Shown here in pieces: positions 22,187 through 32,614 of a stretch of DNA of 64,000 nucleotides (positions within the stretch are counted from its first letter, which is position 1; every line of letters starts with the position of its first letter). The stretch spans positions 69,148 to 133,147 of the forward strand of contig CAUWGE010000001.1 of the NCBI GenBank assembly GCA_963558395.1, given 5' to 3'. The notes beneath the pieces were generated by a model. The model did no database searches, was not told the origin of the DNA, and was given only the letters and a program-made list of their open reading frames with translations. This stretch comes from an uncultured Clostridia bacterium. GTDB lineage: Bacteria; Bacillota; Clostridia; TANB77; CAG-508. Position numbers and translations under genes: made by a program.

Positions 22187-23668
22187 ATGGAGGAGAATTT
22201 AAAATTATATCAAGATATAGCATCTAGAACTGATGGAGATATTTATATAGGTGTTGTTGGACCTGTTAGAACTGGTAAGTCAACTTTTATTAAAAATTTT
22301 ATGGACTTACTTGTTATTCCTAATATAGATAACTCTTACAAACGAGAACGTGCTTTAGATGAGTTGCCACAGAGTGCATCTGGAAGAACCATAATGACTA
22401 CTGAACCAAAATTCGTTCCAAATGAAGCTGTTGAAATAACATTGGATGGTAATGTTAAATTTAAAGCTAGATTGGTTGATTGTGTTGGTTATTTAGTGAA
22501 TAATGCAATTGGATATTTAGAAGAAGACTTACCTAGAATGGTTAAAACACCTTGGTCTTCTGAAGAAATTCCTTTCGGTGAAGCTGCTGAAATAGGTACA
22601 AAAAAAGTTATTGAAGACCATTCTACAATTGGAATATTGGTAACTACTGATGGTAGTTTTTCTGGAATTGCTAGAGACGATTATATTTTAGCTGAAGAAA
22701 GGGTGGTTAAAGAATTAAAAGCTTTAAAAAAGCCATTTGTAGTTGTTCTAAATACAATAGATCCATATTCAGACTATTCAAAAGATTTAGCAAATTCCTT
22801 AGAAGAAAAATATAATTGTCCTGTAATACCAACTGATTGTTCTAATTTATCTTTATATGATATTAATGAAATTTTTAGTAAAGTATTATATGAATTTCCT
22901 ATTCAGAGAATTAATATATCTTATCCAAAATGGGTTGACGGTTTAGAAAATTCTCATTGGTTAAAGCAAGAACTTAATACAGAAATAAAAAATACTTTTT
23001 CTGATATTTCCATTATAAAACAAGCTAGTTTTGCTGCAACTTCCTTAAATAGTACTGAAATCATAGCTAAGACTAATATAGATGAAATTAATCTTGGAAC
23101 TGGTAGCATAAGCATATCTATTAAGTTAAAAGAAAATTTATTTTACAAGGTTCTTACTGAAATATCTGGAGAAAATGTTGCAAACGAATTCGATTTGTTT
23201 TCATCTTTCTATAAATTTGCAAAAATCAAGGCAGAATATGATAAAGTAGCACCTGCACTAGAAGAAGTTAAGGCTAAGGGGTATGGAATTATAACTCCAG
23301 CAATGCAAGATTTAATTTTAGATGAACCTGAGATGGTAAAACAGGGAACTAAATTTGGTATAAAACTAAAAGCTAAAGCTCCTAGTATTCATATGATTAT
23401 GACTAATGTAGAAACCGAAGTATCTCCAATCGTAGGTAGTGAAAAGCAATCTGAGGAATTAGTAAAATATTTACTTGAAGAATTTGAAAGTGATCCTCAA
23501 AAAATATGGGAGTCAAATATATTTGGAAAGAGTCTTCATGAGCTTGTAAATGAAGGACTTCAAAATAAACTAGAACGTATGCCAGAAGACGCTCAGCAAA
23601 AGTTACAAGAAACACTAGAACGTATTGTAAATGAAGGCAGTGGCGGACTAATTTGTATAATTTTATAA
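22187..23668 (+). CDS. spoIVA: stage IV sporulation protein A
   Basis: 493 aa with Walker A GPVRTGKST and a characteristic SpoIVA N-terminus. GGAGG RBS. Confidence 0.95.
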   Translation: MEENLKLYQDIASRTDGDIYIGVVGPVRTGKSTFIKNFMDLLVIPNIDNSYKRERALDELPQSASGRTIMTTEPKFVPNEAVEITLDGNVKFKARLVDCVGYLVNNAIGYLEEDLPRMVKTPWSSEEIPFGEAAEIGTKKVIEDHSTIGILVTTDGSFSGIARDDYILAEERVVKELKALKKPFVVVLNTIDPYSDYSKDLANSLEEKYNCPVIPTDCSNLSLYDINEIFSKVLYEFPIQRINISYPKWVDGLENSHWLKQELNTEIKNTFSDISIIKQASFAATSLNSTEIIAKTNIDEINLGTGSISISIKLKENLFYKVLTEISGENVANEFDLFSSFYKFAKIKAEYDKVAPALEEVKAKGYGIITPAMQDLILDEPEMVKQGTKFGIKLKAKAPSIHMIMTNVETEVSPIVGSEKQSEELVKYLLEEFESDPQKIWESNIFGKSLHELVNEGLQNKLERMPEDAQQKLQETLERIVNEGSGGLICIIL

Positions 23669-23730
23669 AAATATTATAACAATAAAGTGTACCTTATTAA
23701 AGAGTTTTTTAACAAAGTACACTTTATATA

Positions 23731-25857
23731 CTATTTTATTTCATATAGATTTATTTCTTTTACTACACAGGTGAACATATCTTGCTCATCTAAAATATGT
23801 ATTTTAGATATCTGTATTTTCTCTTTAGATGGCATTTTTATTAATACATTTTTATCAATATTCATTCCGATTGGAAGAGTTTTATTATAATTATCATATA
23901 AAATTATATTACTAAAGTACAATATATTTGTTTCATCTTCTATAACATTTATTTTATATATTTTTTCTTCTTTTTGCTCTTTAGAAATATCTTTAGGATT
24001 TATTTTAGCTAATACATATTCTCCTTCTACCGCATCATTTTCTACATATACTGGCATATTTATAACTGCTTTAATTTTTATAAATGCTTCATCAAAAAGT
24101 TTTTTATATTTTTTTATAATGTCCTTAAATTCTTCCAATGTTGTTTCTTCTGATATCTTTAGTATTTTATAAATGTTTTTGCAGCTTTCCCTATGAGTTT
24201 TATTATTTATACTTTTATAGGAAGAATAATCTGCTAATAAATTTTTTAATATATTTTCGTCTTTTTCTATATTTAGCTTTTTAAGCTCTTCAAATTTTTC
24301 TTGTATAAGGTTATTTCCCTTTTCACTATTGTATAATTCTAATAAATATTTTGAGCAAAAAACTGCATCAATTTCTTCATTTGATAATTTTCTTCGTTGC
24401 AAAGAATCTGCTTTCTCTCCTAAATATTCCATATCCTGTTCTAAATCAAATTGTTCTTTTATCTTAGAAACATTTTCTTCTGTTTCTTCACCAATATTTA
24501 GTGCCATAAGTTTGTCTTTATTAGCAAACTTCCAGAATTCAAAAATGCTTTTTTTATGTTTTTCAATTTCTCTTATATATTCTTCAGCATTTTTAATTTT
24601 TCTATTTAAATTTTCTTTTTTCAGTTTAAGTGCTCTTATATCTGCTTTTATGTTTCTACTTTTACTATCTATTTCCTCTACTTCTAAAATACTATTTATC
24701 AATTCTTTTACAGTATACGAACTACCTTCACTAGAAAGTTTAGGCTCTTCTATTTCATTTTCTTCATCTATTTTTATATTAATCTTAGGCGTGATAATTT
24801 TTTTGTTTTTAAGAAAAAATCTGATTTTTCCAAAAAAACTATTTTTACATTCTAGGAATGTTACAATTTGCTTTTCTTGCATTTTGTAAATATCTGATTG
24901 TTTTTTTATATACTCTTTTAGCTCTTCTAATATTTTTTCATTTTTTTCTATTTCTTTTTCTATATTTACCATTCTTGCCTTTTGCAAATTTGTTTGTTCA
25001 TCTATAAAAGAAGTTAAATTCTTAATTGTTATTGTCTCATTTTTATATTTAATTCCTAATTCTCCGTTTTCGCTTATATACGGACTGAATTCATACTTAT
25101 AATTCGACTCAGTTTCTATTATAAATAGCACTTTTAAGAACATATAATATTTTTTAATATCTTCACCAGTTCTAAATATAATTCTATATTTGCTTTCAAA
25201 ATCATTCTCTATTTTTGTATGCCCTGTTATATATATGTTTTCTTCATCAACTTCATATATATTTGGCCACTCGTTTGTAAAAAGCCAGATATAATTTTCA
25301 ATATCACCTAACTCTTTTGCCGAAATTAATTTTTCGCTATATCCCATTTTATTTATTGGTACGAAAATTTTACTTGACTTTTTTTCAAGTTTCTTTTTTA
25401 TTATATAAAATAATACTGAAGTTTCTCCTTCATTTGCTGGAAATAGCATAAAATATTTTTTGTTTTCTTCAGAATAATATATCTGCCATAAATAATTTTC
25501 ATCATAGCTTACAAAATACGGAATATTTTCATTTAATTTTTCTTGCAATTCCTCTAGCTTTTTAATTTTTTCTGTTGATGCCTTTTCTAACGTTTCTAAA
25601 AATATTTTTCTTACATCATAATTATCTGTATTTAAATATTCTTCTAGCGGAATTGCCGATTTCAATCTTTCTTTTAAATCCGAAACTCTATCTAATGGGG
25701 TAATAAAAATATCTATTTCGTCCACATTTAAATGCTTGTATACTTTATATAATTTTCCATTGTTATATGAACTAAAGCTAATTTTTTCTTTTACTTTTAA
25801 TTCTTCATCAATATTATTTAAATCTAATCCTATATAATTTAAAACTTCTTCATTCAC
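23731..25857 (-). CDS. large hypothetical protein with extended coiled-coil middle region
   Basis: 708 aa, long uninterrupted ORF with no recognised domain. The K/E-rich heptad-like centre sits between globular-looking N- and C-terminal parts. Confidence 0.6.
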   Translation of the reverse strand: MNEEVLNYIGLDLNNIDEELKVKEKISFSSYNNGKLYKVYKHLNVDEIDIFITPLDRVSDLKERLKSAIPLEEYLNTDNYDVRKIFLETLEKASTEKIKKLEELQEKLNENIPYFVSYDENYLWQIYYSEENKKYFMLFPANEGETSVLFYIIKKKLEKKSSKIFVPINKMGYSEKLISAKELGDIENYIWLFTNEWPNIYEVDEENIYITGHTKIENDFESKYRIIFRTGEDIKKYYMFLKVLFIIETESNYKYEFSPYISENGELGIKYKNETITIKNLTSFIDEQTNLQKARMVNIEKEIEKNEKILEELKEYIKKQSDIYKMQEKQIVTFLECKNSFFGKIRFFLKNKKIITPKINIKIDEENEIEEPKLSSEGSSYTVKELINSILEVEEIDSKSRNIKADIRALKLKKENLNRKIKNAEEYIREIEKHKKSIFEFWKFANKDKLMALNIGEETEENVSKIKEQFDLEQDMEYLGEKADSLQRRKLSNEEIDAVFCSKYLLELYNSEKGNNLIQEKFEELKKLNIEKDENILKNLLADYSSYKSINNKTHRESCKNIYKILKISEETTLEEFKDIIKKYKKLFDEAFIKIKAVINMPVYVENDAVEGEYVLAKINPKDISKEQKEEKIYKINVIEDETNILYFSNIILYDNYNKTLPIGMNIDKNVLIKMPSKEKIQISKIHILDEQDMFTCVVKEINLYEIK

Positions 25858-25875
25858 TTAAGTATCTCACTTCCT

Positions 25876-27052
25876 TCATCCTCTTCTGTCAAATCTCTCC
25901 ATAACTTCTTCTATTGTATATTCCTTAATTTCTTCTTTTCCTCTTCTTATTACTGATACTTTATTGTTATTAAATTCTTCTTTACCTATAAGAGCTATAT
26001 ATGGAATTTTAAATTTTTTAGCTCTTTTAATTTTCTCTGCAACTGTTTTATCTGAAAAATCCGTCTCTACTCTAACTCGTCTTTCTCTTAATTTTTCCTT
26101 CATTTCATTTGAATAGTCAATATATTCATCATATTCTGGTATTATAATGCATTGTACAGGTGCCATCCAAGTTGGAAAATCTCCTCCATATCTCTCTATA
26201 AGTATTGCTAACATACTTTCATAGCATCCTAAGTCTTGTCTATGTATATACATCGGAAACTCTGCATTTCCTTCTTTTGATGTATATTTTAAGTCAAATC
26301 TGTGTGGAATTTCAAAGTCTATTTCTATTTTTGCAAGAAGTTTATTATTATAAAAAACTTGTATACTTGGTCCATACATTTTTGCCATTTCATTTTTAGT
26401 ATAAACTATTTTCTTGTCTTGTAAGACCTTTTCCATTACATTTAAACACATATTCCATTCACCGAATCGTGCCAATATATTCTTCTTTTTTCTTTTCATC
26501 CCAATTAGATATTCTATATTCTACATCTAAACCCAGCTTTTCCATAAAAATGTTTTCTAATTCTACCGACTCTTTTATAACTTTTTCAAGTTGCTCTTTT
26601 GTAAAAAATATACTTGCATCTGAGAATAAATACTGCCTCATACAAGTTAGTCCTTTTATTTTGTTTGTTGGTTCATCTCTAAACACAGTTGAAGTTTCAC
26701 TATATTTTATAGGAAGCTCTTTATAGCTGTGATCTTTTATATTATAAATACTACAATGGAATGGTCTAACATATGGTCTAAGGACAATAGAATTTTCATC
26801 TTCTTCTCTTTTTACAGTAAAAATCTCGTCCTTTTCTAACTCCCATCTATCCTCTATCATGTATATTTCTGCTCTTGAAGCACTCGGAGTTCTTACTATT
26901 TGATATCCTCTTTTTTCTTCTTCGCCTTCTACAAGTTCTCTCAATATTTTAATCATTTTTGCTCCGTTTGGAAGGATTATTGGAAATCCTTTTCCAATAT
27001 AGTCTATTGATTCATATATCTCTAACTCTTTTCCTATTTTTGTATATTCCAT
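25876..27052 (-). pseudogene. ThrRS-like class II aaRS paralog (catalytic core + anticodon-binding domain only); frame broken at CGG 26462-26464
   Basis: Colinear with E. coli ThrRS from about residue 242 (KIGKELEIY, ...FRDEP..., FPTWMAPVQ). ORF 26459..27052 ends ...EEYIGTIR*. The +1 GGT continues GEWNMCLNVMEKVL..., in frame with ORF 25876..26499. There is no TGS or editing domain. Confidence 0.75.
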
Positions 27053-27249
27053 TACTTCTCCTTTGTCTTTACATTATATTATCATATAAAAATTTGCCAT
27101 GCAATAATATTTTATAAAACTTAATATTTTTTTGAGCATTTCTAATCTACTATTTATCTCAATATCTTTGCTTAAATTAAAAATTATTGTATTTTACTTA
27201 TTTTTATGATATAATTGCCCTATAAAAAAATTATAAGGAGATTTTTTAA

Positions 27250-27783
27250 GTGAAAATTACATCTGATAGTGAAACATTGGCAGAAAATAAAGTTCTAATC
27301 TTATATATATTAGATTCTGTTGGTAAGCCAATTACAAATGATGCACTTTATAGTATTGTTACTTCTGCTATTGAATTAAATTATTTCTATTTTCAGCAAT
27401 TTTTGTTAGATTTAATTGAAGCTAAATATGTAGCTTGCTATAAAAAAGAAACTCAAGATGTATATAACCTTACTGAAGCTGGCAAAGAAACTTTAGATTT
27501 AACCTTAGATATTCTTCCTGGAATTATAAAACTTAAAGTTGATACTAATTTAAAAAGTAGCATGGAAATGTTTGAAAATGACCAGTCTGTAATTGCTGAA
27601 TATATGCCTAAAAGTGAAAATGAGTATGAAGTAAAATGTAAAATAGTTGAAGATAATGAAATTATTTTTGATATTACAACATATGCATATTCACGTGATC
27701 AAGCACAAATTATTGTAGACAATTGGAAGAAAAACGCTATAAAAATTTATCCAAAAATAATACAGCTTTTAACAAAAAAATAA
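27250..27783 (+). CDS. DUF4364-like conserved clostridial protein
   Basis: 177 aa with a GTG start after a GGAG RBS. The N-terminal winged-helix-like region resembles DUF4364 (recalled from memory). Confidence 0.6.
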   Translation: MKITSDSETLAENKVLILYILDSVGKPITNDALYSIVTSAIELNYFYFQQFLLDLIEAKYVACYKKETQDVYNLTEAGKETLDLTLDILPGIIKLKVDTNLKSSMEMFENDQSVIAEYMPKSENEYEVKCKIVEDNEIIFDITTYAYSRDQAQIIVDNWKKNAIKIYPKIIQLLTKK

Positions 27784-27818
27784 ATCTAGGATTTGCATTC
27801 CTAGATTTATTTTTTCTA

Positions 27819-29087
27819 TTAAAACATTTTTAATAATTCTTCTTGCGAAACAACCTTTTTTTCTCCAGTTTTTATATTTTCTAATTCTACAAATCCATCT
27901 TCTACCTTATCTCCTAAAATTGCCATATATGGTGTTCCAAATATCTTACAGTCTTTTATTTTAGCACCTAATGAAACATTTTCTCTATCATCTAAAATTG
28001 CCTTTCCAGATAACTTTTCATATAATTCAAATGCTTCTTCTTTTTTCTTGTCATTTTCTATTTTTGGTATTATTTGTACTTTATATGGAGCAATTTTTTC
28101 GTTTAAAGCCATTCCTGTTACTTTTTCATTTTCATCTCTTAATACTGAGTTTTCATAAATAGCTGCAAGTAGTCTGCTAACACCTATCCCATAGCATCCC
28201 ATAAAGTATGGTTTATGTTTTCCATCTTTATCTATAAATCCAATGTTCATTGAATCTGAATATTTTGTTCCTAATTGGAAAATATGACCTATTTCTATTG
28301 CTCTAACTTCTTTTAAATTAGAAATATCTTCTATTCCATATTCTTCTTTTAAGTATTCTTTATAATTTTCTTTTTCTAATACTTCTGTATTAAGCGCTAT
28401 TTTAGTTTTATCGTCATATAGTATAGTATCTTCTCCTATACTTGATATCATCATAAACTCTTCGCTCTTTTTTCCTCCCATTGCACCATTATCTGCAATT
28501 ACTGGAATTATTTCTATTCCTAATCTCTTAGCAATTTCTAAATAAGCACGTTTTACATTATCATATGATTTTTGCAATCCTTCTAAATCAGTATCAAAAC
28601 TATATGCATCCATCATTAAAAAGCTTCTTCCTCTAAGTAAAAATCCTCTTGTTCTTATTTCATTTCTATACTTTTCTCCAATTTGATATACTGTTGCTGG
28701 CATGTGTTTATATGATTTTAATTTTTCCCCCATAAATTCTATACATGCTTCTTCTGCTGTTGGAGCTAAGCACAATGTTCCTCTATCTGATTCTATAACC
28801 ATCATTGTTCCGTCTTCTACGTAATTTTTAAATCTACCAGACTTTTTCCATATTTCTGATGGCTGAAGTGTTGGTAATTGAATTTCTATGCAACCTACTT
28901 CATTTAGACATTCTTCTATAACTCTTTCTATATTTCTTCTTATTAACATTGGAATATTATTATATCCAAATATTCCAGTTCCATATTGAACTAATTGTCC
29001 TGATTGTAATAACATATCCTGGGCTGGATACATTTCATCTAAATTATTTACTCTTATTGTTCCTATTCCTGCTTTTGATAATCTCAT
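27819..29087 (-). CDS. proS: proline--tRNA ligase, short bacterial type without INS editing domain
   Basis: 422 aa with a ProRS-like N-terminus, class II motifs (FRNE-type YRNEIRTRGFLLRGRSF, GCYGIGVSR) and a C-terminal anticodon-binding domain. Only about 50 aa sit where the ~180 aa INS normally lies. Confidence 0.85.
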   Translation of the reverse strand: MRLSKAGIGTIRVNNLDEMYPAQDMLLQSGQLVQYGTGIFGYNNIPMLIRRNIERVIEECLNEVGCIEIQLPTLQPSEIWKKSGRFKNYVEDGTMMVIESDRGTLCLAPTAEEACIEFMGEKLKSYKHMPATVYQIGEKYRNEIRTRGFLLRGRSFLMMDAYSFDTDLEGLQKSYDNVKRAYLEIAKRLGIEIIPVIADNGAMGGKKSEEFMMISSIGEDTILYDDKTKIALNTEVLEKENYKEYLKEEYGIEDISNLKEVRAIEIGHIFQLGTKYSDSMNIGFIDKDGKHKPYFMGCYGIGVSRLLAAIYENSVLRDENEKVTGMALNEKIAPYKVQIIPKIENDKKKEEAFELYEKLSGKAILDDRENVSLGAKIKDCKIFGTPYMAILGDKVEDGFVELENIKTGEKKVVSQEELLKMF

Positions 29088-29136
29088 ATTATTTATATTG
29101 TATAAAATCTATACAATTCTCCTTTCTATTAATATA

Positions 29137-29766
29137 TTAGCTTTTTTTATCACTTATACTCGGGCTTTCCTTCTCTTCTTTAGCTAATTCTTTTACGCCA
29201 TCTTCCTTTTCCTCTTCTAAATCATCTATTACTATTTGTCTATTACTGTCTAACTTATATTTTGGTAGCTCCGGTAAGTCTTTAATTGAGTTTAACCCAA
29301 ACACTTTCAAGAAGTTTTCTGTTACTTTATATGTCATTGGTTTACCTGGCAAGTCCGCTTTTCCAGCTTGCTCAATTAAATTATATTCTAATAGTCTATA
29401 TAGTGATGCTGCTGAATCAACACCCCTTATTGAATCTACATCTTGCTTAGTTGCCCTCATATTATATGCAATAATACTTAGTACTTCCAGTGTTGCTTGT
29501 GATAAAGTCGGTTTTTCTTGTTTTCCAGCAAGTTCATATAAGTATTCATAATACTCCCTTTTAGATGAAAGCTGATATCCATCTTCTACCCTAATTATTT
29601 CTAAACCTCTTCCTAAACTATTATATTCTTCTTTAAGTATTCCTACTGCTTTTATTATTTCTTCGGAATTAACTTCTAATATTGCCATTAATTCTTTAAT
29701 TTTCACAACTCTGCCAGCTGAAAATAAAATAGCTTCTATTACTCCTTTTAACTTTTCTTCTTCCAT
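29137..29766 (-). CDS. scpB: segregation and condensation protein B
   Basis: The N-terminus LKGVIEAILFSAGRVV and tandem winged-helix pattern are typical of ScpB. Acidic C-terminal tail. Confidence 0.88.
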   Translation of the reverse strand: MEEEKLKGVIEAILFSAGRVVKIKELMAILEVNSEEIIKAVGILKEEYNSLGRGLEIIRVEDGYQLSSKREYYEYLYELAGKQEKPTLSQATLEVLSIIAYNMRATKQDVDSIRGVDSAASLYRLLEYNLIEQAGKADLPGKPMTYKVTENFLKVFGLNSIKDLPELPKYKLDSNRQIVIDDLEEEKEDGVKELAKEEKESPSISDKKS

Positions 29767-29978
29767 TTTCTAGTTCCTCATTTTTATTATATGCATATTA
29801 TATCACGCTATAATAAAAATGGTCAAGAAATATCCTTACTTTAACTTACCTAAGCTTTTTTCATTGTTTCTATAATTTCATACAATAAAATATAAATTTT
29901 ACTTTTTTCTCTTGTCATTTTTTACATATTATAGTATATTAAAAACATAAGAAATAATCTAAGTGGAGGTTAAATATA

Positions 29979-30149
29979 ATGATCGAAGAAAATAATGAGC
30001 AAAGAGAGAAAAAAATAGAAATTATTCAAGGCTCTTCAAAAGATTTACAAATTTCTGACGTTAAAGATAGCTTAACATTTGAAAAACCAGAGCAACAAAA
30101 AAAGGATAACATTATAATTCCAGAAAATACTGACACTAATAACGAATAA
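29979..30149 (+). CDS. small acidic hypothetical protein (56 aa, below the ORF-track cutoff)
   Basis: ATG at 29979 lies 8 nt after a GGAGG RBS. The upstream promoter is TTGTCA (29912-29917), a 17-nt spacer, then TATATT (29935-29940). Translation: MIEENNEQREKKIEIIQGSSKDLQISDVKDSLTFEKPEQQKKDNIIIPENTDTNNE. Confidence 0.45.
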   Translation: MIEENNEQREKKIEIIQGSSKDLQISDVKDSLTFEKPEQQKKDNIIIPENTDTNNE

Positions 30150-30260
30150 TTTATATTATAAAATAAGAAACATATATTTTAGCTTGATGTAACATATCTC
30201 TAACATATATCACATCATTACCAAAATAAAAAATATGTTTCTTCTTTTAAATTTTTTAAG

Positions 30261-31173
30261 CTATAATAAGCTAGCTCCTATAATACCAGCATCATTCTTT
30301 AATTTTGCCCTCACCAGTTTTACTTTAGTATCTTTATTAAATAAATTATCTTTAATTTTTTCTTCTAAAATCGGAATAAATATATCTGTATAATAAGAAA
30401 AACTTCCACCAAAGCAAATTGCTTCTGGTTCAAATATAGTAATAAGATTTGCGAGTCCTATACTTACATTATTTAAATATTCATTAACAAATTTGTTTAC
30501 TTTTTCTTTATTTATATTTTCCCTTATATAATTTTGTACTTCTTCTCCTAGCAAATTCTTATCTAATCCTAATTCTTCAATCGCTCTTGCTTTAAACCTT
30601 TTCATTGATGCAAAAGTTTCATAGCATCCATTTTTTCCGCAATTACATTTTATTCCGTTTTTATCTATTACCATATGTCCTAATTCAAACCCTGGATTTT
30701 GGATTGGCTTTAGCATATCTCCATTTATAAATACAGCTGAACCTACTCCTGTTCCAATGCATAAAAATATGCAATCATTATATTTTTTTAATGCCCCATA
30801 CTCTTTTTCTGCTAATCCTGCACACTTTCCGTCATTTTGTAAATTAACTTCTGTTTTATATAATAACTCTAGTTCCTTTGCTAAAGCATATTCTTTTATA
30901 TGTAAGTTTACTAAGTTTTTTATCTTCCCATTCTTAGGACTACCGCGGAACAGCTACCCCTATTTTTAAAATATCCGAAGCTGAATAATCGTTTTTATCT
31001 AGTAATGTATCTATCTCATTTTTTATTATATTAAAAATTAATTTTTTAATTCTTTCTTCATCATTTATATTTGAAATATTTACATCCATTGTCTCTTTTG
31101 CTAAAAGTTCTCCATTTTTTTCAATTATTCCACTTGAAATATGACTTCCACCTATATCTATACCAATTCTCAT
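30261..31173 (-). pseudogene. glcK: ROK-family glucokinase; frame broken at CGG 30943-30945
   Basis: ORF 30940..31173 (MRIGIDIGGSHI...) ends ...IGVAVPR*. The +1 GGT continues GSPKNGKIKNLVNL...GTGVGSAVFINGDMLKP, in frame with ORF 30261..30716, which carries the ROK Zn motif CNCGKNGCYE. Confidence 0.85.
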
Positions 31174-31214
31174 TTTTTCACCTTTATTTTATATTTTTTA
31201 ATTAATTAATACAT

Positions 31215-31242
31215 AAAAAGGAACAGCTTCCTGCTCCTTTTT
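31215..31242 (-). terminator. intrinsic terminator after pilC (end of pilus operon)
   Basis: Minus strand reads aaaaaggagcag-gaag-cuguuccuuuuu, with one G-U pair, 10 nt after the pilC stop. Confidence 0.65.
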
Positions 31243-31251
31243 ACATCTATC

Positions 31252-32601
31252 TTATACATCAACTGCTTCAAATAGGAAGTTACCCATATAAACCTCAATA
31301 CAAGGAACTAGTACAACTAATGTTATAAATATAATTAGTACACCAATTACTGCATATAATATTTGTGGTAATATCTTTACTATTTTTTCCATAATTTGGT
31401 CTATATCCATATCCATATATTCAACTAGCTTATCCATCATTGCTGGCAAATCTGTTTGCATTCCTATTTTTAGCATCTCTGTAATCATTGGTTTTGCTAA
31501 TCCAGATTTTTCAAATGGTTCTACCCAAGAATCACCTATAATAATGTTGTTTATCGCTGTTTCGATTATAGAAAGCATTACCAAATTTTTTACTACGTTT
31601 TTACCAACTTCCAAAGCTTCTTGTATTCTCATACCATTTTTTAAGTTTAACATCATTGCTTTTGATAATCTTGAAAAATCAATCGCAAAAATTAGTTCTC
31701 CAAAAACTGGCATTCTATATTTAAAATAATCCCATCTATATCTTCCTCTAGGAGTACTTTTCCATAAAAAGAATAATCCTAATAATGCTGCAACTATTAG
31801 AGTTGGTATTAACCAGTACTGTTGTGCTTTATTTAAGAAATTTGAGAACATTATAGTATACCATGGAAGTGTCGCTTTAGTTCCTACCTGATCAAATACA
31901 TCTTGAATAATAGGTACTACATACATACTTCCGAAAAACAATAATACAATTAACACTACAAATTGCATAATATTTGGAACCAATATTTTCTTTAATTTCT
32001 TATTTAACTCATCAGCTGAGTCTAAGTATTCTACCGCCTGTCTTAAAGATTCGTCAAGTGAACCTGATAGCTCTCCAACTTTAACCAAATTTATATATAT
32101 ATATGGAAATATATCTGAATAGTATTCCATAGTAGTATACATATAATCTCCGGCTTCAACACCTGCTAATATATCTTCTAATACCCCCTTTAGTGTAAAG
32201 TTCTCAGTTGACTGTATTATTGTTCCCAATGCGTGCACATTATTAAATCCTGCTTTTTTAAGCAAATATAAATTTTGTGTAAATATTACTAAATCTCTAT
32301 GTGTAACTTTTTCTGTTTTTGAAAGTTGCATATTAATTTTTTCAACAGTTGATAATTGTCTTGCATTTTTATTTTTACTAATATCTGCTGAATTGGCAAG
32401 CTGCATTAATTCATCAATATCTGTTACATTCTTTTTTGTAGTTGTTTTTCCATACTTTCCAAAACTAACTTGTGTTACATCAATTGGCATTAATCCATTT
32501 AATTTTAATTTTTTTACCAAGCTTTGTTTACTTTTTTCTTGTACTTTATTTCTTACTAAAACTCCGTTTGAATCTACTGCCCTGTACACATACTCTGGCA
32601 T
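31252..32601 (-). CDS. pilC: type IV pilus platform protein PilC (GspF family)
   Basis: 449 aa with a duplicated GspF-type domain and three TM segments. Lies downstream of pilB and pilT. Confidence 0.88.
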   Translation of the reverse strand: MPEYVYRAVDSNGVLVRNKVQEKSKQSLVKKLKLNGLMPIDVTQVSFGKYGKTTTKKNVTDIDELMQLANSADISKNKNARQLSTVEKINMQLSKTEKVTHRDLVIFTQNLYLLKKAGFNNVHALGTIIQSTENFTLKGVLEDILAGVEAGDYMYTTMEYYSDIFPYIYINLVKVGELSGSLDESLRQAVEYLDSADELNKKLKKILVPNIMQFVVLIVLLFFGSMYVVPIIQDVFDQVGTKATLPWYTIMFSNFLNKAQQYWLIPTLIVAALLGLFFLWKSTPRGRYRWDYFKYRMPVFGELIFAIDFSRLSKAMMLNLKNGMRIQEALEVGKNVVKNLVMLSIIETAINNIIIGDSWVEPFEKSGLAKPMITEMLKIGMQTDLPAMMDKLVEYMDMDIDQIMEKIVKILPQILYAVIGVLIIFITLVVLVPCIEVYMGNFLFEAVDV

Positions 32602-32614
32602 ACCTTACCTCCTT

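Noticed and set aside
27053-27249. Possible T-box leader upstream of the ThrRS-like gene (and of proS)
   Set aside because: There is no T-box consensus, specifier-loop architecture or terminator/antiterminator pair visible. The proS upstream gap is only 49 nt.
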